64,000 nt of DNA, taken from the NCBI GenBank assembly GCA_964490075.1, contig CAZBBK010000015.1, positions 1 to 64,000 on the forward strand, read 5' to 3'. The position numbers were made by a program, and so were the translations under genes. This DNA is from an uncultured Gemmatimonadota bacterium. Lineage in GTDB: Bacteria > GCA-2686955. Shown here one piece after another: positions 47,122 to 56,564 of the stretch. The notes beneath the pieces are model-generated. The model saw only the letters and a list, made by a program, of their open reading frames with translations, had not been told where the DNA came from and did not search any database. The first letter of the stretch is position 1. The number at the start of each line of letters is the position of its first letter.

Positions 47122-48561
47122 ATGCCGCAGCCGACCGAGATCCCCCTGCACGGCCAGGACCCGAGCACGCTGCTCGCGCAGATGGCCCGATTCGCCGATG
47201 ACGACGCCCGCTGGCGAGAGGGGCGCACCTGGAGCCTGGTCTACCACGTGGACGACGCCCACGCGGAGCTCCTGAAGCAGGCCTACCAGCTCTTCGCCAG
47301 CACCAACGGTCTCAATCCTTTTGCCTTCAAAAGCCTGAAGCGGATGGAGGCCGAGGTGGTGGCGATGACGGCGCAGATGCTGAAGGGCGACGGCGCGGTG
47401 GTCGGCACCATGACCTCAGGCGGCACCGAGTCGATCCTGCTGGCGGTCAAGGCGGCGCGCGACCGGGCGCGGCGGCGACGGCCCTGGCTGCGGCGTCCCG
47501 AGATGGTGGTGCCGGCGACGATCCACGCGGCCTTCGACAAGGCGGCGCACTACTTCGGCGTGAAGATTCGGCGCGTCGCGGTGACGCGCGACTACCGCGC
47601 CGATGTCGCGGCGATGCGCAGGGCCATCGGGCGCCGGACGGTGCTGGTGGCCGCCTCGGCGCCCCAGTATCCGCACGGCGTGATCGATCCGATCGAAGAG
47701 CTCGGCGAGCTGGCGGCGGCGCGCGGCATCCCTTTCCACGTCGACGCCTGCATCGGCGGCTTCATGCTGCCCTGGCTGGAGAGGCTGGGACGGGCGTTGC
47801 CGCCCTGGGATTTTCGCGTTCGAGGGGTGACCTCCATCTCGGCGGACGCCCACAAGTACGGCTATGCCGCCAAAGGTGCTTCGGTGATCCTCTACCGCGA
47901 CATGGAACACCTCAAGCACCAGTTCTTCGTCGAGACCGACTGGTGCGGGGGAATCTATGCGTCACCTACGATTCCCGGCACCCGCCCGGGCGGCAGCATC
48001 GCCGCGGCCTGGGCGGCGATGCGCACCCTGGGGCAGGACGGCTACCAGCGCCTGGCGGCCCAGGCACTGCAGTGCAGCGACACTCTGATCCGCGGCATCG
48101 GCGCGATCGAGGGGCTGGCGGTGGTGGGCAAGCCGCAAAGCACCCTGGTCGCCTTCGAGTCGTGTGAGAAGGGGATCGATATCTTCAGCGTCGCGGATCG
48201 ACTCGAAAAACGGGGTTGGCTCGTCGACCGCCAACAGCACCCCAGCTCGATCCACTGCACCGTCACCGCCCACCATCGATCGATCGTCGACCGCTACCTG
48301 GCCGACCTGGCGGAATGCGTGGCATTCGCGCGGGCCCATCCCGAGCTGCGTGCTTCGGGCAACGCGGCGATGTACGGAATGATGGCCAAGATCCCCGCCC
48401 GGGGCCTGGTCCGGCAGAGCGTGGGCAAGGTCATGGAGCGGATGTACCGCCCCGGTGGCGGCGTGCCGGATCTGACCGAGCTCGGCAGCGAAGAGAGCGA
48501 CGGTTTCGTCCTGCGCGCCATGCACCGCTGGGGAGAGCGGCTCGCCGGGCTGCTGAAATGA
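47122..48561 (+). CDS. PLP-dependent group II enzyme, sphingosine-1-phosphate lyase-like
   Basis: WREGRTWSLVY, NGLNP..F..L..ME, MTSGGTESILLA, HAAFDKAAHY, SAPQYPHG..DPI, HVDACIGGF, SISADAHKYG (PLP Lys), GTRPGG. Confidence 0.85.
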   Translation: MPQPTEIPLHGQDPSTLLAQMARFADDDARWREGRTWSLVYHVDDAHAELLKQAYQLFASTNGLNPFAFKSLKRMEAEVVAMTAQMLKGDGAVVGTMTSGGTESILLAVKAARDRARRRRPWLRRPEMVVPATIHAAFDKAAHYFGVKIRRVAVTRDYRADVAAMRRAIGRRTVLVAASAPQYPHGVIDPIEELGELAAARGIPFHVDACIGGFMLPWLERLGRALPPWDFRVRGVTSISADAHKYGYAAKGASVILYRDMEHLKHQFFVETDWCGGIYASPTIPGTRPGGSIAAAWAAMRTLGQDGYQRLAAQALQCSDTLIRGIGAIEGLAVVGKPQSTLVAFESCEKGIDIFSVADRLEKRGWLVDRQQHPSSIHCTVTAHHRSIVDRYLADLAECVAFARAHPELRASGNAAMYGMMAKIPARGLVRQSVGKVMERMYRPGGGVPDLTELGSEESDGFVLRAMHRWGERLAGLLK

Positions 48562-48589
48562 GGGGCTGCCGGCGTTTTGGTGTATCGCC

Positions 48590-50860
48590 TCAGCTCTCTG
48601 ATTCGTGCGCCAGGATCTTCTCCGGAGTGATCGGCAGGTCACGGCAGCAGTAGCCGATTGCATCGAAGACCGCGTCCGCGACCGCCGGGGCGGTGGGACA
48701 GGCCAGACCCTCGCCGGCCTCTTTGGCGCCGAAGGGTCCGGCCTTCTCGAAGGTCTCGACGGTTTTCGAGATCGACGGCGGCATGTCTTCGGCGGCGGGG
48801 ATCTTGTAGTCGAGGAATGTGGTGTTGAGGGTGCGGCCCTGCTCCATGACCAGAGACTCCGACAGCGCATAGCCCAGGCTCATCTGGATCGACCCTTCCA
48901 GCTGGCCCTCGACCGCCATCGGGTTGAGCTCCACGCCGCAGTCGTGCACGGTGTACATCTGGTCGACCGACACCTTGCCGGTCTCGCGGTCGACACTTGC
49001 CTCGGCCACCTGGGCGCCGAAGGAGAAGGCCGGCGAGACCAGGCCGCAATCGCGCGGAGTGTAGTAGCCGGTCGCCTTGAGCGGCTCGCCGCGCCCGGCC
49101 CGTTGCGCCATCGCCACCACCTCGCCGAAGGGGATGCGGCGCGAGGGCTTGCTCTTGCTGTAGATATGGCCGTCGCCGCACTCCATCTCGTGGATGACGT
49201 TGAGATCGAACTTCAGCGACACGATTTCGAAGAGGCGCTGCTTGATTTGGGCGGCGGCGCTGCGCACCGCGTTGCCGGCCATCAGGGTGACGCGGCTGCC
49301 CCAGGTGCCCAGGTCGGACTGCGGGCAGGCCGCGGTGTCGCCGGTGACCAGGCGGATGTCGGCGACCGAGAGCCCCAGCTCCTCGGCCAGAATCTGCGGC
49401 AGAATCAGATCCGAGCCCTGGCCGATGTCGGCCGCCAGCGTGGTGAGCTGAGCGCTGCCGTCGTCGAATACCCGCACCTCGGCGGAGGAGAAGGGGTACT
49501 TGGTATCGAACCAGTTGAAGACCCCGCCGGAGATGAAGCTGTAGCAAGCGATGCCGATCCCCTTGCCGGGCGCACCCGCCGCACGTTTGTCGCGCCAGCC
49601 GCTGAGATCGCGAACCTCCTCCAGACACCTCTCGAAGCCGCAGCTCCCGACTGTCGCCACCCCGGGAATCTCGTCGCCCTCCTGCATGGCGTTCTTGAGG
49701 CGCAGCTCGATCGGGTCGATGTCCAGCGCCGCGGCCGCCTGATTGATCTGCGTCTCGCCCGCGAACAGCGCCTGCGGCGCTCCGAAGCCGCGCATCGCGC
49801 CGGCCGGCGGGGTGTTGGTATAGACATAAACGCCGCGATAGCGGTAGGCCGGGAAGCGATAGAGCATGGCGCCGAAGTTGCCGATCAGGAAGGTGGCGGT
49901 CGGCCCCATGCCGTTGTAGGCCCCGCCGTCGAGCCAGGCGTGCACCTCCTTGCCGGTGATCGTGCCGTCTTTCTTGAAGGCGATCCGCGACTCGATCTTC
50001 ACGGCGTGGCGGCGGCGCCCGGTGGCCAGCTCCTCGGAGCGACTGAGCGTGAACTTCACCGGCCGTCCGGTCTGGCGCGCCAGCCAGGCGGCGCAGACGT
50101 CCCAGGGGCGCAGCTCCATCTTGCCGCCGAATCCGCCGCCCACGTAAGGCTTGATCACCCGCACGTCGTTCTCGCGCAGTCCCAGGGTGCGGGCCAGCAG
50201 GCACTGGATATAGTAGGGCGTCTGGGTCGAGGTCCAAATAGTGATGCGACCGTCGGACTCGGCGCGGGCCACGGCGGAGCAGGGCTCCATGTAGGCGTGG
50301 TTGACGGCGTGGGTGGTGAAGACATCTCGCTGGATATGGTCGGCCTCGGCGAAGGCGCGGTCCAGGTCGCCGTAGTCGATGTCGCGCTTCAGACTGATGT
50401 TGTCGGAGTGCTCGTCGTGCAAGACCGGAGCGCCCTCGGCGAGCGCCTGCTCGACGTCGAAGGCGGCCGGCAGCTCGGCGTAGTCGACGTCGATCAAGTC
50501 CAGGGCCTCGAGAGCGGTGTCGCGGTCGATGGCGGCCACCGCCGCCACCTCGTCGCCCACGAAGCGTACCTTGTCCGCGGCGAGCGCGGTTTCGTCCTGG
50601 AGCCGCGGCACCAGGCGCCAGTTGCCGTAGCGCACCGCCGGGAGGTCGCGCCCGGTGATGACCGCCTTGACCCCGGGCAGGCGCCGCGCCCGGCTGGTGT
50701 CGATGCGCTCGATCGTGGCGTGCGGCAGTGGGCTGCGCAGCAGCGCACCGTGCAGCATCCCCGGCAGCTGAATATCGCCCGTGTAGTGCGCGGCGCCGGT
50801 GACCTTGGCCCTGGCGTCGGGACGCGGGATGCGCTTTCCGATCAGCGTTTCTCGGCTCAT
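48590..50860 (-). CDS. Xanthine dehydrogenase family molybdopterin-binding large subunit
   Basis: KVTGAAHY, LRSPLPHA, HAYMEP, STQTPY, VGGGFGGK, AMRGFGAPQ, DIGQGS, GSRVT, VEGQLEG, GAKEAGEG. Confidence 0.93.
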   Translation of the reverse strand: MSRETLIGKRIPRPDARAKVTGAAHYTGDIQLPGMLHGALLRSPLPHATIERIDTSRARRLPGVKAVITGRDLPAVRYGNWRLVPRLQDETALAADKVRFVGDEVAAVAAIDRDTALEALDLIDVDYAELPAAFDVEQALAEGAPVLHDEHSDNISLKRDIDYGDLDRAFAEADHIQRDVFTTHAVNHAYMEPCSAVARAESDGRITIWTSTQTPYYIQCLLARTLGLRENDVRVIKPYVGGGFGGKMELRPWDVCAAWLARQTGRPVKFTLSRSEELATGRRRHAVKIESRIAFKKDGTITGKEVHAWLDGGAYNGMGPTATFLIGNFGAMLYRFPAYRYRGVYVYTNTPPAGAMRGFGAPQALFAGETQINQAAAALDIDPIELRLKNAMQEGDEIPGVATVGSCGFERCLEEVRDLSGWRDKRAAGAPGKGIGIACYSFISGGVFNWFDTKYPFSSAEVRVFDDGSAQLTTLAADIGQGSDLILPQILAEELGLSVADIRLVTGDTAACPQSDLGTWGSRVTLMAGNAVRSAAAQIKQRLFEIVSLKFDLNVIHEMECGDGHIYSKSKPSRRIPFGEVVAMAQRAGRGEPLKATGYYTPRDCGLVSPAFSFGAQVAEASVDRETGKVSVDQMYTVHDCGVELNPMAVEGQLEGSIQMSLGYALSESLVMEQGRTLNTTFLDYKIPAAEDMPPSISKTVETFEKAGPFGAKEAGEGLACPTAPAVADAVFDAIGYCCRDLPITPEKILAHESES

Positions 50861-51726
50861 GCTCCGGCCTCCGTGCAATGCCGCAGCGCCCGCCGGGTCA
50901 AGACCCGGACCAGGTGTCGCTTGTAGTCCGCGTGGGCGCGGAAATCGGTGATCGGACGACACTCTTCGGCGGCGGCGGCCGCCGCCGCGTCGAGGAGATC
51001 CGCGGAGGGTCGCGCGCTGCGCAGTAGCGCTTCCGCCCTCTCGGCGCGAATCGGCGTCGGCGCGACGGTTCCCAGCACGATTCTCACCTGGTCGATGCAC
51101 CCGTCGGCGAGGGTGAGGGTGCAGGCCAGGTTGACCGCCGCGATGTCGACCCGGGAGCGGGGCGAGAACTTGAAGTAGATCGAGCGCGCCCCGGCGGCGG
51201 GCGGCGGCACGAGGATGCGCTCGAGCACCTCTCCCGGCCGCAGCGCGGTGCTGCCCGGTCCGGTCATGAGCTCCTGGAGCGGCAGGGTGCGTGTTCCAGC
51301 GCGGCTCGTGAGCTCGACCCTCGCTCCGCAGGCCATCAGCGGCGGCGCGGTGTCGGCGCAGGGAGAGGCGTTGCACAGATTGCCGGCGGCGGTCGCCTTG
51401 TTGCGCACCTGCACGGTGGCCAGATCGGCGATCGCGGCGGCCAGCATCGGGTAGCGCTCCTGAACGGCGTCGAACGCCGCCAGGTCGGCAAGGAGGGCAC
51501 CGGCACCGATCTCCAGTCCCCGCTCCGAGTCGAAGCCCAGCCGATCGAACTCTGGAATTCGCCCCAGCCAGATCACGTCGGCGCAGCTGCGCTTGCCGAG
51601 CTTGAGCCCGGGCAGCAGATCGGTTCCCCCGGCCATCAGCCGGGCCTGCTCGCCCAGCGAGGCCTGGAGCTCGAAGAGCTGCTCCAGGCTCTCGGGCGCG
51701 TGGAAGGCGAAACGCGGGAGTCTCAT
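50857..51726 (-). CDS. Xanthine dehydrogenase family FAD-binding medium subunit
   Basis: MAGGTDL, IGA, QVRNKATAAGNLCNASPCAD, TDFRAHADYK; ATGA overlaps at both ends. Confidence 0.92.
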   Translation of the reverse strand: MRLPRFAFHAPESLEQLFELQASLGEQARLMAGGTDLLPGLKLGKRSCADVIWLGRIPEFDRLGFDSERGLEIGAGALLADLAAFDAVQERYPMLAAAIADLATVQVRNKATAAGNLCNASPCADTAPPLMACGARVELTSRAGTRTLPLQELMTGPGSTALRPGEVLERILVPPPAAGARSIYFKFSPRSRVDIAAVNLACTLTLADGCIDQVRIVLGTVAPTPIRAERAEALLRSARPSADLLDAAAAAAAEECRPITDFRAHADYKRHLVRVLTRRALRHCTEAGA

Positions 51727-52208
51727 TCCTGCGTCCCCCCTTGCGCACCGGCCGCCGCCTCGACCGCCTCGACGATCTTGGTGTAGCCGGTGCAGCGACA
51801 GAGGTTGCCCGCCAGAGCGTGACGGATCTCGGGCTCGGTCGGCGCGGGATCGGTCGCCAGCAGCTGCACCGAGGAGACGATCATGCCCGGGGTGCAGAAG
51901 CCGCACTGGGTGGCGCCGTGCTCGATGAAGGCGTCCTGCAGGGGATGCAGCGCCTCGCCGGAGGGCGCGATTCCCTCGATGGTGGTGACCTGGCGGCCGT
52001 CGACTTCGCACGCCAGGGTCAGGCAGGAGTTGACCGAGCGGCCGTCGAGCAGCACGGTGCAGGCGCCGCAATCGCCGGTGCCGCAGCCGATCTTGGTGCC
52101 GGTGAGGCCGAGCTGCTCGCGCAAGGTCTCGGCCAGGGTCCAGTGGGGCTGCACGGCCACGGAGCGCCGATCTCCGTTGACCGAGAAGCGGATGAGCTGG
52201 CTTTTCAT
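51723..52208 (-). CDS. Xanthine dehydrogenase family [2Fe-2S] small subunit
   Basis: GTKIGCGTGDCGACTV...NSCL; QCGFCTPG...GNLCRCTGY. Confidence 0.93.
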   Translation of the reverse strand: MKSQLIRFSVNGDRRSVAVQPHWTLAETLREQLGLTGTKIGCGTGDCGACTVLLDGRSVNSCLTLACEVDGRQVTTIEGIAPSGEALHPLQDAFIEHGATQCGFCTPGMIVSSVQLLATDPAPTEPEIRHALAGNLCRCTGYTKIVEAVEAAAGAQGGTQE

Positions 52209-52379
52209 CGTCTTCGCGGATCCCGTGGTGGGTGAAGTGGGGGACGGAAGTGCCGATTCTACGCCAGCGCGGCGCTGAGTTGGCCGCCGGGACGCGGAGG
52301 TCCTCCCCGCTCGCAGAAGGTCCGGGAAGCCAGGCGGCCAGGGCTTATCATTGATCGAGCCCCGACCAGGAGATTGCTC

Positions 52380-53612
52380 ATGCCCCGCTTCCGCCTGCTC
52401 CGCGCCGGCCTCTGCGCATCCGCGCTCAACCTCGGCTGCGCCTCCTCGGCCGCGGCCGCGGTGATCGCCCAGACCTTCAGCTTCGAGCGCACCGCGCCCT
52501 GGACCCGCATGGAGGCGTTGATGCCCGCGGCCGCCAACCTCGGCCTCGACGCCATCTGGATCCCGCCCCCGACCAAGGCCTGTACCGGCGCCTGGTCGGT
52601 CGGCTACGACCCCTACGACCGCTGGGATCTGGGCGACAAGTTCCAGCAGGGCACCACCGAGACCCTGTGGGGCAGCCGCGCGGAGCTGGAGAGCCTGGTC
52701 GAAGCCGCCCACAACGTCGGAATCGAGGTCTACGCCGACGCCGTGCTGAACCACAACGGCGCGGGCATGAACTACACCTACCCCGACTTCAGCTACACCG
52801 ATTTCCACCACTACGGCGGCATCCAGGACTGGAACGACCAGTGGTGGTTGGAGAACGGCGATCTCTTCGGCCTGGAGGATCTGAGGCAGGAGAAGGGTTA
52901 CGTGCGCGACCACCTGCTGGAGTGGATCGAGTGGATTCAGACCGAGGTGGGAATCGACGGATTCCGCTACGACGCGGTGAAGCACGTGCCGTACTGGTTC
53001 TGGGAGGACGTGGGCGACGTCGATCAGGGCTACACCTTCGGCGAGGCGCTCTCCGGAGATGTCGGCTACGTGTCGTGGTACGCCAACACCGGCATGGACA
53101 TGGCCGACTTCCCGCTCTACTACGTGCTGCGCGACGTGTTCGCGGCCGACGCCTCGCGCTGGATGAGCGATTTGCAGGGCGCGGGACTGAGCAGCGACAT
53201 CACGGTGATGTTCATCGAGAACCATGATGTCAGCGGACCGGCGAAGAAGAACCTGGCCTACGCCTATGTCCTCACGCGCGGCGGCAACGTGCACGTCTTC
53301 GTCGAGGACCTGCTCGACCCCTGGCTGCGCAACCAGCTCCAGAACCAGATCTGGGTCCACCACAATCTGGCTTGGGGCGACCAGGACTGGAAGGTGTCGG
53401 CGCGCAACCAGGTGGTCTACGAGCGGCGCGGCAACCTGCTGGTGGGGATCAACCGCGCCTACGGCGACAACACCCGCACCGTGACCACCAGCTTCCGCAA
53501 TACCTGGCTGCACGATCACTCGGGGCACAACCCGAACGATGTGTGGGTCAACGGCTCCGGAAGCGTCACCATTACCATTCCGGCCGACAACTACGTGTTC
53601 TACGCTCCGTAG
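52380..53612 (+). CDS. Secreted GH13 alpha-amylase
   Basis: Signal peptide; AIWIPP, GYDPYD, DAVLNH, GFRYDAVKH (nucleophile), FGEA (acid/base), FIENHD; AGGAG RBS. Confidence 0.92.
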   Translation: MPRFRLLRAGLCASALNLGCASSAAAAVIAQTFSFERTAPWTRMEALMPAAANLGLDAIWIPPPTKACTGAWSVGYDPYDRWDLGDKFQQGTTETLWGSRAELESLVEAAHNVGIEVYADAVLNHNGAGMNYTYPDFSYTDFHHYGGIQDWNDQWWLENGDLFGLEDLRQEKGYVRDHLLEWIEWIQTEVGIDGFRYDAVKHVPYWFWEDVGDVDQGYTFGEALSGDVGYVSWYANTGMDMADFPLYYVLRDVFAADASRWMSDLQGAGLSSDITVMFIENHDVSGPAKKNLAYAYVLTRGGNVHVFVEDLLDPWLRNQLQNQIWVHHNLAWGDQDWKVSARNQVVYERRGNLLVGINRAYGDNTRTVTTSFRNTWLHDHSGHNPNDVWVNGSGSVTITIPADNYVFYAP

Positions 53613-53647
53613 CCGCAGGCCCCTCTCTCCCAACCGAGGAAACGACA

Positions 53648-56542
53648 ATGCGCATCGCCGTCCGCGCCTCCCTCCTTGCGTCCGCCCTCTTGGTATCTCT
53701 CTGCTCGCTCTCGCCGAGGGGCGGGGCCGAAGCGGGAGAGATCCAGATCGAGCTGCGCGAGCGGCTGCGCTCGTTGCCCCCAGGGGAGAGCCTCTCGGTG
53801 ATCGTACACCTGGCCGAACAGGCGAGGATCGAGGCCTTGCAGTCCGACCTCAGGCTCCGGGCGGCGACCCGGCGCGAGAAGCACGAATCGGTGGTGCGGG
53901 CATTGCGCGAGGTCTCGGCCAGGACCCAGGGTCCGCTGCTGCGCTACCTGGCGGAGGCCCGCGCCTCCGGGCGGGTCGGCGGATTCAGCCCCCACTGGAT
54001 CAGCAACCTGGTGGTGGTGCGGGCCACCGGCAGCGAGATCCTGCGCCTCGCCGAGCGCACCGATGTCGGGTTCATCGAGCCGAACTTCACGGTCAGTCTG
54101 ATCGAGCCGCTGCGGGCCGAGGGCGGCGGCCCGCCCCACACCGAAGGCATCGGCGTCACGCCCGGACTGAAGGCGATCAACGCCGACCGGGTGTGGCACG
54201 AGCTCGGAATCACCGGGGCCGGGCGCTTGGTGGCCGATCTGGACACCGGCGTCGACGGCACGCATCCGGCTCTGGCGAGCCGCTGGCGCGGCACTCTGCC
54301 CGACGTCGACTGGTCGGAGGCCTGGCTCGACGTGGTCTACGGCGGCTCCAGCTTCCCGGTCGACTACTACGGCCACGGCACGCACGTGATGGGGACCATG
54401 GCCGGTCTGGGCGAGGCCTCCGGCGACACCGTCGGCGTCGCCTTCGGCGCCCACTGGATCGCCTGCAACGCCATCGACCAGAGCGCCGGCTCGGAGTTCG
54501 ACAACGACGTGGTGGTCGCCTTCGAGTGGCTGGCCGACCCCGATGGAGATCCGGGCACCGTCGACGACGTTCCCGACGTGGTGCAGAACTCCTGGGGGAT
54601 CAACGAGCTCTTCTCCAGCGATCCTCCCTACACCGATTGCGACAGCCGCTGGTGGGCGGTGATCGACAACTGCGAGGCGGCCGGCTGCATGGTGACCTTC
54701 TCGGCCGGCAACGAAGGCCCGGGGTCGACCTCGCTGCGTTCCCCCGCCGATCGCGCGACCACACCCTACAACTGCTACTCGATCGGTGCGGTCGACGCCA
54801 CCAACTACGGCTACCCCTATCCGATCGCCAGCTTCTCCAGCCGCGGTCCTTCCGGTTGCGACGATATTTCGATCAAGCCGGAGGTATCGGCGCCCGGCGT
54901 CGACGTCTACTCCTGCGTCCCCGGCGGTGGCTACTCGGGAAGCTGGAGCGGCACCTCCATGGCCGGACCCCACGTGGCGGGAGTGGTGGCGCTGATGCGC
55001 GAGGCCAACCCCGACCTCGACGTCGACCAGATCAAAGAGGTGCTGATGGCCAGCGCCCACGATTTCGGATCGCCCGGAGAGGACAACACTTTCGGGGCCG
55101 GGTTCATCGACGCCTACCAGGCGGTGACGATGGTCATGAGCGGAGTCGGCTACCTGGTCGGCAACGTCACCGACGCGACCAGCGGTGATCCGATTCCGGC
55201 CGATCTGGAGATCGTCGGCACACCGCGCAAGAAGAGCGCCGATCCCCTCACCGGCGAGTACTTCTTCATCCTTCCGGGCGACTCGACCTACACCCTCCAG
55301 GCCAGCTACTTCGGCTACCAGACCGGCGCGGAGGCGATCTACGTCGCCGCCGACGACTCGACCACGCACGACATCGAGATGACGGCATCGCCGGCGGGTG
55401 TGCTGGCCGGAATGGTGTTCGACGCCGACGACGGACTGCCGATTCCCGGCGCCCAGGTCGAGGTGGTTGATACGCCGCTTGCGACGGTCCTGAGCAGCGC
55501 CCGAGGCGCCTACATCGTGGGCGACGTTCCGGGCGGAGGTCCCTACACGGTTCAGGCGACGGCTTCCGGCTTCGGAACCAAGAGCGCGCAGAAGTCGATC
55601 GACGTCGGGGAGCTCAATCTGCTCGCGCTGCCGCTGAAGAGCGGCCTCTCCGACGACATGGAGGCGGGTCCCAAGGGCTGGAGCCACTACGTCGTGACAC
55701 AGTACTACCTGGACCAGTGGCATCAGAGCACGCAACGCAACCACACGCTCGGCGGCTCCACGTCGTGGAAATGTGGCTCCGCCAGCGGCGGCGACTACGC
55801 CGACCTGGTAGATGCCGCGCTGGAAACCCCCGCGGCGCCGCTGCGCCCCGGCACCAAGCTACAGTTCTGGCACTGGATGGACGCCGAGATCTACTCGCCG
55901 AGCGAGGCGTGGGACGGAGGCATCGTCGAGATCTCGATCGACGGCGGCGCCTTCCAGCAGATCAGCCCGCAGGGCGGCTACCCCTACACCATCGTCGACA
56001 ACCCGGACAGCCCCTTCGACGGCGGCACGCCGTGTTTCTCGGGCAGCCACGACTGGCGGCTCGAGGTGTTCGACCTGAGCGCCTTCGCGGGTCAGGCGCG
56101 GATCCGCTTCCGCTTCGGCACCGACGGCTACGTGACCGAGGAGGGCTGGTACATCGACGATGTGATCGCCGCACCCGAGGGGGCAACGCAGCCGGTGTCG
56201 ATCATGATGCTGGCGGCCGAGACCGGCATCGAGATCGGCCCGGCGGGCGGCAGCTTCGATTACCATCTGGCGCTGGTCAACAACACCGCCGCCGAGCAGA
56301 TCTTCGATTGGTGGCTCGATGTGTCGCGGGCCGGGGGACCGGTGGTCATCGGACCCGTCGAGAGCCACACCGACACTCTGCAAGCGGGCGAGACCCGCAC
56401 CCTGACCTCACGCAGCCAGGATGTGCCTCCGGCTTCGACGCCGGGCGACTACCACTTCAACGGAAAGGTCGGATCGCTTCCCGATGCGGTCGATGCAATC
56501 TCGAGCTTCGCGTTCACCGTCACGGCGAGCGCACCGCGGTAG
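53648..56542 (+). CDS. Secreted S8 peptidase (bacillopeptidase F-like) with prodomain, two carboxypeptidase-regulatory-like domains, jelly-roll domain and C-terminal Ig-like module
   Basis: LDTGVD, GHGTHVMG, FSAGNEG, FSSRGP, IKPEVSAPG, SGTSMAGPHV; GNVTDA..G.PI repeats; WDGG.VEIS...GWYIDDV. Confidence 0.93.
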   Translation: MRIAVRASLLASALLVSLCSLSPRGGAEAGEIQIELRERLRSLPPGESLSVIVHLAEQARIEALQSDLRLRAATRREKHESVVRALREVSARTQGPLLRYLAEARASGRVGGFSPHWISNLVVVRATGSEILRLAERTDVGFIEPNFTVSLIEPLRAEGGGPPHTEGIGVTPGLKAINADRVWHELGITGAGRLVADLDTGVDGTHPALASRWRGTLPDVDWSEAWLDVVYGGSSFPVDYYGHGTHVMGTMAGLGEASGDTVGVAFGAHWIACNAIDQSAGSEFDNDVVVAFEWLADPDGDPGTVDDVPDVVQNSWGINELFSSDPPYTDCDSRWWAVIDNCEAAGCMVTFSAGNEGPGSTSLRSPADRATTPYNCYSIGAVDATNYGYPYPIASFSSRGPSGCDDISIKPEVSAPGVDVYSCVPGGGYSGSWSGTSMAGPHVAGVVALMREANPDLDVDQIKEVLMASAHDFGSPGEDNTFGAGFIDAYQAVTMVMSGVGYLVGNVTDATSGDPIPADLEIVGTPRKKSADPLTGEYFFILPGDSTYTLQASYFGYQTGAEAIYVAADDSTTHDIEMTASPAGVLAGMVFDADDGLPIPGAQVEVVDTPLATVLSSARGAYIVGDVPGGGPYTVQATASGFGTKSAQKSIDVGELNLLALPLKSGLSDDMEAGPKGWSHYVVTQYYLDQWHQSTQRNHTLGGSTSWKCGSASGGDYADLVDAALETPAAPLRPGTKLQFWHWMDAEIYSPSEAWDGGIVEISIDGGAFQQISPQGGYPYTIVDNPDSPFDGGTPCFSGSHDWRLEVFDLSAFAGQARIRFRFGTDGYVTEEGWYIDDVIAAPEGATQPVSIMMLAAETGIEIGPAGGSFDYHLALVNNTAAEQIFDWWLDVSRAGGPVVIGPVESHTDTLQAGETRTLTSRSQDVPPASTPGDYHFNGKVGSLPDAVDAISSFAFTVTASAPR

Positions 56543-56564
56543 AATCGGGCCGGTTGCGACGGCG

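Noticed and set aside
48590-52208. Aerobic CO dehydrogenase (coxMSL)
   Set aside because: Large subunit has AMRGFG, not the form I AYRCSFR motif; no cox accessory genes.
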